Both the position numbers and the translations under genes were made by a program. Below are positions 12,123 through 23,088 of a stretch of DNA of 64,000 nt, in pieces. The stretch's first letter is position 1; every line of letters starts with the position of its first letter. The stretch spans positions 392,059 to 456,058 of the forward strand of contig NW_015163101.1 of the NCBI RefSeq assembly GCF_001447785.1, in the 5' to 3' direction. This DNA comes from Gekko japonicus. Its lineage: Eukaryota. Under the pieces are notes generated by a model. The model was not told where the DNA came from and did no database searches. It saw only the letters and a program-made list of their open reading frames with translations.

Positions 12123-12408
12123 ATATTCGAAACCTTATAAATATACAAAGGAACAATAGTACAAATATACAAAGGAACAAAGTACAATAATAAGTTTTTG
12201 GATTGTTACAGGTGATAGCTAGTGATGGACGAAATTTTCTGGAGTATTTTCCGTTCTACATCAATAATAGGAATATTGATGTAGAAGAAGGTCTCACGAA
12301 ACGGAAGATACTCTGGAGAATTTCGTCCATCACCAGTTATCACCTGTAACAATCCAAAAACTTATTATTGTACTTTGTTTTTTTATATATTTATAAGGTT
12401 TTGAATAT
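12123..12408. repeat. Long inverted repeat (fold-back), probably a Penelope-like pLTR remnant
   Basis: Arms 12176-12255 and about 12300-12379 (about 6 mismatches in 80 bp), inner 13-bp stem, outer stem 12123-12145 / 12386-12408. Confidence 0.85.
12277..12332 (+). ncRNA. Degenerate type I hammerhead-ribozyme-like motif
   Basis: TGATG (stem I) - TAGAAGA (canonical core CTGANGA) - A - G..C - GAAA - CGGAA..TTTCG (stem III) - TC - CATCA (stem I'). Confidence 0.45.
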
Positions 12409-12634
12409 TGGAGTGGGGCAGGGCTAGATTCATAGTTGCCATTTTTGGCAACAGTCATGCATTTGGTGTTACATCCCCTTAGATAGCAAATCAATAATTA
12501 GGCACGGATTCAGAGTTAATGGAAAAGTAGCGATAATGATTACCACTTCCGTGAATATTTGTGGGGACTGACTACCAGCTACCTGAATGACTCAAGAAAA
12601 GGAGGACTACTCTTTGGACCTGGATAGGTTTAAG

Positions 12635-12975
12635 CAGGGGTCATTTCGTAGAAAAAGAGCTAGGGGAACTCATTAGCATAACTCATTAGCATATGCCACA
12701 CCCCCTGACATCAGGGGCCCGGCGGTGGACCTGCAAGGCCGGCGGGAGTGCAAGGAAGCCCCGCCAAGGCCCTCCCTGGCCCCAGGCAGGCAGGGGTGGG
12801 GAGAGGCGGGGAGGAAGCAACTTTCCCTCCTTCTTCTCCTGCCTCCTCCTGGCTGAATGAGGGCTGGAAGCAGGGAGGGCGGAAGCAGGGAGCGGAGCTT
12901 CATTGTGTGCTCCGCCCCCTGCACCTCACCCGGGGGAACTGTGTTCCCCCGCGTTCCCCCCCGAAATGACCTCTG
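12635..12975. mobile_element. hAT-type non-autonomous element
   Basis: TIR CAGGGGTCATTTCG / CGAAATGACCTCTG, perfect 8-bp TSD GGTTTAAG. Confidence 0.85.
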
Positions 12976-13694
12976 GGTTTAAGCCCCCCCCCCGGGGGGC
13001 TGTATGTGCCTGTCAGAGATGACTGAAACTGCAAGATCTTCTCTGTGAGGAAAGATTAAAGGAACTGGAGCTTTTAAACTTTTTTTTTAAAAGGCAATTT
13101 AACGGTTTTGGGGGGCATGATAGTGGCTTTAAAAATTAAGAATGGTGCGGCATGGGAGAAAAAATTTCACCTTCTCTTGTGGTAGTGGAGCTTGTGGTCA
13201 CCTGATAAAATTGGTTGGTCACATGCTCAGAGCAGTTTTAAAGGACGCCTGGATTATCTCCTCTCTAAGGCCTTGTGTCACTTTAAAGATTAGCAAATCT
13301 GCTCTGGCATCTGCAAAGTTCTCTCTCTGGAATTATTAATTTATGTATAATTAACTTGCAGAATTCCCTACTTGCACAATGTCATTGCGATTAGAATTAA
13401 CAGAGGATTTATGGATTTAGGGTGGGAAGGGGCTTTCAAAGTTCCCATCACTGTTATTTTGAGTAGCTGAATCTGTTCATTTACTAATGCTATCCATATG
13501 TATTGTTTTAATATTTCAACATGGTTCAGTATAATGTCTATATTTTGTGAATGATATAGTTAATAATACTCTCTTCCACTGTTTGTAGCTGAGATGGCTA
13601 AATGGGGAACCTCCATGAACAGAGGCAGTCTCTCTCTGCATCCTGCATGCTGGATACACACAACAATGGAAGGCTGGTGCCTTTCATGCCTCTT

Positions 13695-13957
13695 TTTGGT
13701 GTAGTGGTTAAGAGTGGCGGACTCTAATCTGGGAGAACCGGGTTTGAGTCCCCACTCCTCCTCCACATGCAGCCAGCAGGGTGACCTTTGGGTCATTCAC
13801 AGTTCTCTCAGAGCTCTCTCAGCCCCACTTACCTCACAGGGTGTCATTTGTGGGGAGAGGAAGGGAAAGAGATTGTAAGCCGTTTTGAGACTCCTTCAAG
13901 TAGTGAAGGGTAGGGTATAAAACCAACTCTTCTTCTTTTTCTCCTCCTCCTCCTCCT
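13695..13957 (+). mobile_element. Gecko-type tRNA SINE (Squam3-like)
   Basis: Same family as 1266, with (CTT/CTC)n tail. Confidence 0.85.
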
Positions 13958-14194
13958 GAGGCATGGACTGGTTGCTGTCGGCAACAGCACAAGGTTTTTC
14001 TTGCTGTGTTGACCTAGGAAGGGGGTTGTAAGATCTTATTAGTGCTGGCTCATTCGTCCCCTTTGTCCTTCTTGAGTGCTTTCCAACAAAGAACGGGGCC
14101 AGAGCACAGATCACCATCTTGGCCTGATACGGTCTTTGTTTGCCTGGACTCTTAGCATGCCAGTCTCGCATCTTTTCCTGCCCAGGTTATTTTC

Positions 14195-14520
14195 AGGTGG
14201 GTAGCCATGCTGGTCTGAATCAGAAGAACACAGTTTGACTCCAGTGGCACCTTTAAGACCAAGAAAGGTTTATTCAGTGTCTGGACTTTCATGTGCACAC
14301 ACACGCTTCCTCAGATACAATGAAATGGAATTCACCAGTCCATACATATAGGCAGAGGGTGGGCAGTAAATTAGCATGCAACATAATGAAGAGTCAGGAA
14401 TAACAAGCTTAGTTTATATGGTTACCATTTAATATAATGAAGATGTTTGAACAGATGCAAAGCACCAAACAGGGATAACAAGCCAAGTCTACATGGTCAA
14501 CATTTGTTTGGATTCAATTC
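14195..14520 (-). mobile_element. Penelope-like element pLTR remnant
   Basis: Minus strand CTGAGGAAG..GTGCACATGAAAG..AATAAA..GGTCTTAAAGGTGCCAC. Homologous to 34555-34745. Confidence 0.65.
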
Positions 14521-14714
14521 CGGGGGGAAATTGTCAAAATATGCCACTGGACTCAGACTTTTCCAGGTTATTATTCAGTATTAAAGAAGCCTCCCATCAT
14601 GCATTTCCACAACAAGGTCTCCTGACCTTTGGAGCCCGGAGTGGCAGTGCACAGGCATGTGAGGGTGTGCATGTAGCTGTGCATTTGGTCAGTGTAACAG
14701 CAAGTGAAGGGATT

Positions 14715-14945
14715 TATTCACCTCCTTTGCCCCCTGCCTTGCTCCCCAATGGGGACCCGAAGCTGCTTGCGCTGTTCTCCTCTCCATCATTTTTACCTCA
14801 CACCGACTCTCCGAAGTAGGTGAGGCTGAGATTGTGTGTGACTGGCCCAAGGTCACCCAGCAAGCTTCCATGGCAGAGTGGGGATTCAAACCTGGGTCTC
14901 CTAGATTATTCTAGTAGGATACTCTAGCCACTATACCTAACTGGT
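14715..14945 (-). mobile_element. Old tRNA/CORE-type SINE
   Basis: GACTGGCCCAAGGTCACCCAGCAAGCTTCCATGGCAGAGTGGGGATTCAAACC. Confidence 0.7.
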
Positions 14946-16254
14946 ATGGGGAAGGGGGTAGAAAGGAATCTTTCGCCTGTTCTCGCAGTGGCAGAATTCT
15001 GGATTGCCAAAGGAGGCTGATCGGCCATAGGCCCACGGCAGACCAAGGGAAGGCTTTCCCCACCATCTCGGCATGGTCTGGCTTTTCACGAGTTCCCCCA
15101 AACTGGCCACCACTGCCTGTTGTCCTTCATTGTGGGTGGCGGGGGGAGTAGGTTGGGTGTTCTTGATTCATGGGGCTGGCTCCAGGTTTTCGGGGCCCAG
15201 CAAGATGGTGTCCATCAGAACACCCACCTCCCCCACTGTGACACAGACTGAGAGGGCGGGCAAGCAAAGGATGGCCGGCCTGGTGGCAGTTTCTCGCGGG
15301 CCTCGTTTCTTGCTCAGCTCTCCGGGCAAAGCAGCAGCACCAGCCAGCCTGTCTTGCCTTCTCCCCTCCTTGTCGTCATCAGTCCTTGCTTGGGTAGCCG
15401 AGAGGGCGCTGGCCAGCGGACTGCAGAAGAGCAGGGGAGGAGAAGAAGGAGCCAGTGGCCTTGTGCCCGTGTAGTTGGGGATGGGCAGGCTCAGTCCTTC
15501 CACGTGGACCCCATCCCATTACTACCCTGCACCTGTTCAGTGGTTGGCGGTCCCCTAAGACTGTGGAGTGATGGCAGCTGTCCGCCTGTGCCAACCACTG
15601 ATGCTTGGCCAGACCAGTGGTCTTCATGTCTCTTGCAACACACACACATGGCCGAGCGGCTAGTGAGGAAGCCAGAAAGCTGGCAGGAGGCCTCTCCTCT
15701 CGCGGTGGCAACCTTTCCTCCCTTTCCTGAGCTTCCTGCTGCTCTCCCTTGCGATGCCTCGCAGTCTTCCGCTGGCAGCCTCCACTTCCTCCAGGCTCAT
15801 GTCGGTGGCCTGCCAGGAAATGATGTAACTTACCTGGTGTATTTATAGCTGATAGTGTGTGCGTGTGTGTGTGTGTGTGTGCAAGTATTTGTGGCCAAGG
15901 AAGCAGCTGTGCGTGCTTGTGCGTGTGCGTGCAAAACTGTCCTTTTGGCTGATTTAACAATTTGGCTGGTTGGGGCTCATTCTTGTTAATTCCTTGCTCC
16001 TCACAAACACGTATGTGGCCAGGCGGGAGGAGTGATGTGTGACCCTTTACTTTGTTCCAATTAGCATTGATTGCCTACTTCTTGGCTGGTTGTCATAAAA
16101 TCTCTAGCCAGGGGTATTTTGGATGTCAAAAACAGCTCTGTCTCTTGCACACGCCTCTTGCACACCCCAGCCAGTGACTTTTGGCCACGTGCTTAGCAAC
16201 CCCGGTCCTCTGCTTTTGAGAAGTGGAAGGATGGGCCTGAAGGTCACCCTCCCA

Positions 16255-16639
16255 CAGAGCAAATTACTTATTAGATGATGAAATGCAAACAGAAAAAGAA
16301 AAACCATGTATGAAGATATGGTCAAAAGATATAGGAAACAACATAGGGCCAGAGAAATGGGCAAAAATGTGGAAGTCAACAAAACTTCTAAGAGCTACAT
16401 CATACAAAGAGAACATCTTCAAAATGTTCTACAGATGGCATTGGACACCGGATAAATCGCTAAAATGTTACAAGAACTTTTCAGGGAACTGCTGGAGATG
16501 CGAAAGAAATGTGGGTTCCTTCTATCATATTTGGTGGAGGTGCGAAAAAGTGGAAAAATTCTGGGGGAAAATAAAACAACTGATTTGGGAAATAGTAGGA
16601 ATAAACTTATCATTAGAGCCGGAAGTATATTTATTAAAC
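16255..16639 (+). mobile_element. L1-clade LINE ORF2 C-terminal fragment, running into a gap
   Basis: KENIFKMFYRWHWTP...CWRC..VGSFYHIWWRC..V..FW cysteine-rich domain. Confidence 0.85.
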
Positions 16640-16719
16640 NNNNNNNNNNNNNNNNNNNNNNNNNNNNNNNNNNNNNNNNNNNNNNNNNNNNNNNNNNNNN
16701 NNNNNNNNNNNNNNNNNNN
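16640..16719. other. Assembly gap (80 N)
   Basis: Run of N. Confidence 1.
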
Positions 16720-17040
16720 CCAGCGGAGCCGGAAAAAGGACAGAGCTGGGCCGGAAGCAGGCGAAGTCGCGCGTCTGGAGGAGCGCACCACCACCGAGCG
16801 CCGGAGATAAAAGATGCTTCCGCCGGGTCCCGAGTCTCGCCTGACCAAGCCGAACCGCCGACAGAGAGAACATCATGACCACCACAGAGGGGGTGCTGGT
16901 AGGAGATCCCTCTCCCCTATACATTGTGTGCCCGTAGTTAGGGACAGTAACGGTGATTAGCACCAAGCAACTTGTAAGCCGCTCAGAGACCCCAACTATG
17001 GGATTAGAGCGGGGTATTAAATTGAAAGCATAAATAAATG
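16720..17040 (+). mobile_element. 3' part of a GC-rich retroposon with L2-type tail
   Basis: GGGTGCTGGTAGG..TGTGCCC.TAGTTAGGGA..TGTAAGCCGCTCAGAGACCCC..GAGCGGGGTATTAAA..(TAAA)n. Homologous to 39000-39140 on the minus strand. Confidence 0.65.
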
Positions 17041-17134
17041 AAATGACTAATTAAGCAGCACCATCAGAAGTCTCGGCTTCTATGAAAGGAGACACCTGCC
17101 ATCAGCTAATGGCCAACTGCAGCCTTGTGACGCC

Positions 17135-17312
17135 CTGACCCGGATGACCCGGAGGCTAGCATCAGATCTTGGAAGCCAGGCAGGGCCAGCTCTGGTTAGG
17201 ACTTGGGTGGGAGCCCTCCAAGGGAGCCCGGAGCCCCTGTGCAGAGGCAGGCCTTGGCAAAACCGCATTTGAAACGCCTCTTGCTGTAAGTTGGCTGCGG
17301 TCAGATGACACT
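17135..17312 (+). mobile_element. 5S-rRNA-headed SINE
   Basis: GATCTTGGAAGCCAGGCAGGGCCAGCTCTGGTTAGGACTTGGGTGGGAG resembles the 5S internal control region, embedded in non-5S sequence. Confidence 0.65.
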
Positions 17313-18567
17313 TTCCTCCACCGAAGCTGTGGAAGGCCACGAGAGAGCTGGTTGTGGGGCATGCAGAAGAGGAAGCCTTGGCCGTGGCTGCTGCTCTTCG
17401 CCCTGCTGCTGGACCAGGAGAATCTCTAGCAAAGTCTTCTGGGGCAGGGAAAGGCAGTGCTTCACCGATGTCTAAGTGGGCATGATTTGGCTTGGGACAC
17501 TCCAGGAGGGCTGTATAAACTAGATGGCATTTATATATTCATACTTCAGATATGTAAGGAATACACTTGTAGGAAGGAGGATATAGGAGGTATTTTTATC
17601 TGTCCTCCTCCTAAGAAGCAATTCCCGCAGGCAGGTATTCTGATCAGATCACGTGCATCATCTCTGCATCGTACCCAGTCAGGTGCGCCAGTATTTTCAT
17701 CCCAGCTTGCAACAGCTAAGTCTGAGAGAATCCTGGTTTGCCTGAGGCTTCTGTGGAGGTTTATGGATGAGGGCTGAGGCCAGGGATTTCCTGGATCTGA
17801 CTCCTAGCAATGAGGTTACGTCACCTTCTATTTCCAAGTCTCCAGATCTTTCAGAAATGTGGAGTAGAAACCTGCCTCCCTTTCCTTCTGCTTTGCCGTC
17901 GCTGCGTTGCTCTTGTGTCAGGCGTCCGTGGGCAGAGAACTGTGGGCGAAGGCACACCGCCACCAGCTGTGCTTGTTGTCCACCTCTCTCTGGGGGTCAG
18001 CACTTATTGCAGTCCTTTTTGGTCTACCTTTCACTGGAAGGCTCAAGGTGGGCTACAGATGGTGATGGAGGGGTGGCAAAATTTCCCGGCTGTTAGAATT
18101 GGGTCTCCACCCATTCAGGCTGCAGAGGAGGGCTTGCATCTTTTTGGTTCCCCTGTGTTAAGAATTCCCTAAAGATGCCACTCTGTTTGCAAGCCCTGAG
18201 CAAGGCCATTAATGATAGGATGTGTTGGAGGTCATAGGGTCACTGTGAGTCAGAAATGACTTGATGGCACATAACACGCAGAAGAATGTCACTTTTGCTC
18301 TGCATGTAAACAGGTACCTTTCCCTTTGTTGTGCTCCTTTTTTATTATTTGCAGGAGTCTTTTGCATGGGGAAGCATTAAAATGAGTCCCCCCCCCACCT
18401 GTGTGGCCCCCTTGTTCTGCTCCGTGTGCAGACCAAACCCTCCAATGAGCTCTTCTGCAGAACCTGCTTTCCTTGCTGAGAGAGTTCTGTCCTTCCCGTT
18501 GTGCAGGGGTGCCACAATCTTCAGCACCCACTTGGGCTCTGTTGTTCTTTATCTAGACGGCTGCATT

Positions 18568-18774
18568 TGTTGAACTTTGTGTGCTGTAATTTAGATTGTA
18601 AGTTCCTTGAGGACAGGGATCTACTTTTTGCTCCAGTCTTTCCGTAAAAGGGTTGTGCATGTTGGGTGTACTAATTCTGGCATGCACAACTGTTTTACGG
18701 ACGGACTGGAGCAAAAGGTAGATCCCTGTCCTCAAGGAACTTACAATCTAAATTACAGCATACAAAGTTCAACA
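18568..18774. repeat. 207-bp palindrome (94-bp arms, 19-nt loop)
   Basis: TGTTGAACTTTG...GTTGTGCATG / CATGCACAAC...CAAAGTTCAACA with few mismatches. Confidence 0.95.
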
Positions 18775-19240
18775 CAGTTCACCCAGAATTAGTACACAAT
18801 TCCGGAGATGGTAGAACTTTGATGGTGAAAATTCAAAGACAAGCCAAAATAACCCTGATTGTTAATATATACGCACCTAATGAGCATCATGATAAATTCG
18901 ACCAACTTTTGCAAGACCTTATCTCAAAACAAGACTTTGAAGAAATATGTTTGATTGGAGATTATAATGCAGTATTTGATAAAACCTTAGATAGAAAAAC
19001 AGAAACTGGAAAGCAGAAACAAGGTAATGAACTTCCTAAGAACTTTCTACAACTTGCAGAAGAATATAATTTGGTGGATGCCTGGAGAGTAAGAAACTTC
19101 CAAAAGAAGGACTTTACATATTACTCTGCAAGACACAAGTCATGGTCAAGAATAGACATGTGTTGGATCTTGTCAACAATCATAAATGACCTGGTGGAAG
19201 CAGAGATCTTACCAGCAACATTTGCAGATCATAACCCTTT

Positions 19241-19279
19241 TTTTTTTTTTTCTGTCTCTCCGGCCCTGCGCGTGGAACA
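19241..19279 (-). mobile_element. 39-bp poly(A)-tailed retro-insertion inside the L1
   Basis: TSD ATAACCCTTT at 19231 and 19280. Removing the insert restores DHNPLFLTL. Confidence 0.8.
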
Positions 19280-19615
19280 ATAACCCTTTATTTTTGACAT
19301 TAGAAGACTCACCAAAGAGGAAAAGATGGACTTTGAATACTTTCCTTTTGAAAAATGTAGCAGACTCTAAAAAGGAATTTCAAATGTTCTTTAAGCAAAA
19401 TATCCAACCAGATATTTCCATTCGAGTGGTATGGGATGCTTTTAAGGCCTACGCAAGAGGTTGGATAATTAAGGAAGATGCATATATTAGGAAACAAAAG
19501 AAACAAAAATATACAACATTGGAGAGCAAAAAAGAAGAAAAGATGAAACAAGGTCCCTCAACTGAACAAACAAGAACGACTATAAAGATGTTACAGCATC
19601 AAATGAACGGTCTCT

Positions 19616-19692
19616 GAGAGCCAGTTTGGTGTAGTGGTTAAGTGCATGGACTCTAATCTGGGAGAACCGGGTTTGATTCCCCACTCCTCCAC
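19616..19692 (+). mobile_element. SINE head fragment inside L1 ORF2
   Basis: GAGAGCCAGTTTGGTGTAGTGG...CCACTCCTCCAC only, with no tail or TSD. Confidence 0.85.
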
Positions 19693-22356
19693 AATTACTT
19701 ATGTAAAACAAAACTACTTTGAAAATGCAAACCAACCAACCAGATGGCTAGCCTACAAATTGTGGAAAGCAAGAGAAAAAAGTCACATAAAGATATTGAT
19801 AGATGAAATAGGAAAAGAAAAATATATACCTAAAGACCTGAAAAAGTTTGTAGAAACCTTTTATGAGAAGCTATATCAGAAAAGAGAAGCCACACAAGAA
19901 GAGGTCAAGGACTTCCTTAAAAAACAAGACTCAAAAAACTTTACAGAAGAACAAAAGAAAACCTTAAATGATCCAATTGCCGTCTCTGAACTGACAGAAG
20001 CATTAAAAAAACAGAAGAAAGGGAAAGCACCCGGCCCTGATGGCTTTCCGGCTGAATTTTACCAGATTTTTGAAGATCAATTAATCACCCCTTTAAAATA
20101 TGTAATACAGAATGTTTTAGTAGAAAACAAAATACAAGAGACCTGGAATGAAGCCGTGATTACTTTAATACACAAACAAAAGAAAGACGAGAGAGAAATC
20201 AAAAATTATAGGCTAATCTCTTTATTAAATGTGGACTATAAAATCTATGCCTCTATCCTGGCAACAAGATTGAAAAGAGTTTTGACACAAATAATACATC
20301 AAGATCAAGCAGGGGTTGTTTTTTTTTTACCAAAAAGACAACTCAGAAATAATGTAAGAACTATATTAAATGTAATTGAATATTTTGAAGCCCACTCAGA
20401 GAAATAGATGGCTTTAATATATTTAGATGCTGAAAAAGTTTTTGACAACATCAGTTGGAATTTTATGTTAGAAAAATTACTAGCTTGGTAATGTGGAGAG
20501 GAATTTTATACAATGGTTAAAGCAATATATACTAAACAACAAGCCAAGATAAAATGTTTTATAGATGGTGTATTACACCAGATAAGTTATCTAAATTTTA
20601 TCCTACTATGTCAAATGATTGTTGGAAATGTCAAAAAAGGTTGGTTCTTTCTTTCATATGTGATGGACTTGTGAGAAAAGTTAAAAGTTTTGGACTTGGA
20701 TACATGAAATATTGCAATTTTTTAAAAAAGAAGTAGTATACCCTTTGTACCAGAATTGTTTATATTGAAGTACTTCCAGAAAATTGTAAAAAGCAATATC
20801 CTTATCTTATTGTACATGTAGTTACAACTACTAGAATATTATATGCCAAATATTGGAGAAGAAAGGAGATACCTTCCAAAGAAGAAATAATAAACAAACT
20901 ACTTGAAACTGCTGAAATCGACAAATTAATTTTGAAAGGATATAAAGAGGAAAACTTTGAAAATACATTGTTAAGACTTTACAGTTGGATTGAAGAATAC
21001 GTTAAATGAAATGTGAATACATCCGTAATAGAGGACAATGAGAACATCTATATTAAACTGTGCAAAAGGTATATTTGACATTATAAGATGTAGAATCATA
21101 CTTTTATTGAGAGATGTATGGACAACTTAATAGATAACTCATAGAGTCGGAGATTCTCCCATTTAATGTTTGTATGCACTAAGGGTTGTTTCTCTTGTCT
21201 GTCTTTGTTATAAAAGAAAAAAAGAGAGAAAATAAGAGTTGTGCATGTTCCGGGGCACCCTAAATAGTTATTAATAGTCTGTGCTCTGGAAAAGAGGAAG
21301 CTACTTCTAATGCAGCACCCAGAGGGGTCTTTCCCACCCGGCATTGCTGAAAGCCCCAGCTGAACAAGCACGATGCTTGGTGAGAACAGGGGGGCTATGA
21401 CTACCCTCCAGGGGAACCTGGCTTGGTTCTCAGAGTGACCAGCCCCCCCTCATGCCTAACTGGAAGTTACCACCACCAAAATCCGTTTCCCCCTTCTGTT
21501 GCAGTGCAAGCTGGGAAGCGGCTCTCCCCCTTTGGCATCTGCTCAGAGCTGAGTCACGCCAGCCGCCCTTGCTCCTTCTGAGGCCCTTCTTCAGGATCAG
21601 GAAGGGGCAAAGAGATTTAACGGGGAGGGGGGGGATTCACAACAAGCTCAAAAGTTCTGTATTCATGGATATTTTCAAGGTTTATACTGCAAAACGAAAC
21701 CCTAACGCCTCAGTGTATTTTAAATGCTGTGTATTATTATAATCAAGCATTGCAAAAGGGTATGTATGCAGCAGTGTCTTGTTGTAATCCTTGTTACAAG
21801 CCTATAATTCTCTCCAGACTGCAGATGGGGGGGGGAGCAGGCAGTGTGAGTGGCTAGTCCAAGGCCACCTGGTGAGTTTGTGGCAGAGGCAACATTTGAC
21901 CCAGGACACGTCCTGATCTGTAGCTCAGGACCTCTTAGCCATGATGCTGTGTGTCTAACACCACAGAAGGGAATTCTCTCCCCCCCCCCGTGCTAGTTCA
22001 AGCATGGTGCATGGTGCTGTCCGCTGGGTCTGGCTCACATGGTTTGAACCAGACTAGAGCCAGCATAGGCTGCAGTGGATGCATGCTGGAGGCCTAGATT
22101 CAAATCCTCCCTCAGCCAGGGTGGGGCTTTGTTTCATGTTCCCCCTGTGTTTCTAGGCGGCCTTTCTCACTGGGGCTCAGGTGTTTCACTGCACTCTTTG
22201 CCTTAACTCTGACGTGGAAGCAGCGGTTGCCGGCTACGGAGGGCGGGAGGGCTTCAGGGGATGGCAAGGGCAGTTCCCCTGGAGAGGGGGCAAAACCAGC
22301 CAAGAGTCCCAACCATGCGGCTAATCTTACTCTTCATGGGGTGCCCGAGGGGCAAT

Positions 22357-22800
22357 ATTGCCAGCTACCAGTTGAGGGATTCCTGGAGATTTGGGGGTGG
22401 AGTAGGGCTACCAACCTCCTGCTGCTGTCTGGAGATCACCCGGAATGACAACTGATCTCCAGGTGACAACGATCAGTCCCCCTAGAGAAAAGGGCCACTA
22501 TGGAGGGTGGACTCTATGACACTGTTTCCCGCTGAGGTCCCTCCCCTCCCCAACCCCGCCCTTCTGAGGCCCCACCCCAAATCTCCAGGAATTTCCCAAC
22601 CTGGAGTTGGCCACTGTAGGGTGGAGCCTGGGGAAGCTGAGGTTTGGGGAGGGGACAGATCTCAGCGGGGTATGGTGCCACCAAGTCCGGCCTCCAAAGC
22701 CGCTGTTTCCTCTGGTGGAACAGGGCTCTTTAGTGTAGAGATCAGTTATGATTCCTGGAGACTTCCGGGCTCCCCTCCACAGGGGGAGGTTGGAGCTAGC
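22357..22800. mobile_element. hAT-like non-autonomous element with a nested inverted copy (22403-22618)
   Basis: Inner copy TAGGGCTACC...GGCCACTGTA is flanked by 8-bp TSD GGGTGGAG. The outer copy resembles 6422-6817. Confidence 0.75.
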
Positions 22801-23088
22801 CTGAGAGAACCCCTGACCTGCTCTCCCCACCTCCCCCAGGTGAACTTCCCCCTCCCAAGCCCTGGAGCTGGCCCCAAGGAGGTTCATGAAACCCCAGGGC
22901 CTGTCCGCGTCGTCTGCAGAAGCGGTTCCAGGAAAAACGTTCTTCTTTTATCTGATGGCTTTCTGGAACAAAGCAGGGTGTGTAGCTTTATTTTCTGTCT
23001 TGGATCTCTGTTTCCCTCTTTGTGGCGTTCTTCATGTTTCCTGGGCAGAGTCCTCCTTCCCCGCAGCGGGCTCCATTCCCTGATGCAC

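Larger units (their letters stand above)
18783..21233 (+). mobile_element. 5'-truncated, internally deleted L1-clade LINE
   Basis: APE endonuclease motifs (NIYAPN, IGDYN, SRID, ADHNP), RT N-half (KAPGPDG, NYRLISLLNVDYKI, LDAEK), Cys-rich C-terminus, A-rich tail. 16-bp TSD AAG(G/A)GTTGTGCATGTT at 18648 and 21234. Confidence 0.92.

Noticed and set aside
18568-18774. Pre-miRNA or MITE
   Set aside because: Better explained as an inverted duplication of the L1 target flank, given the TSD and the L1-derived loop.
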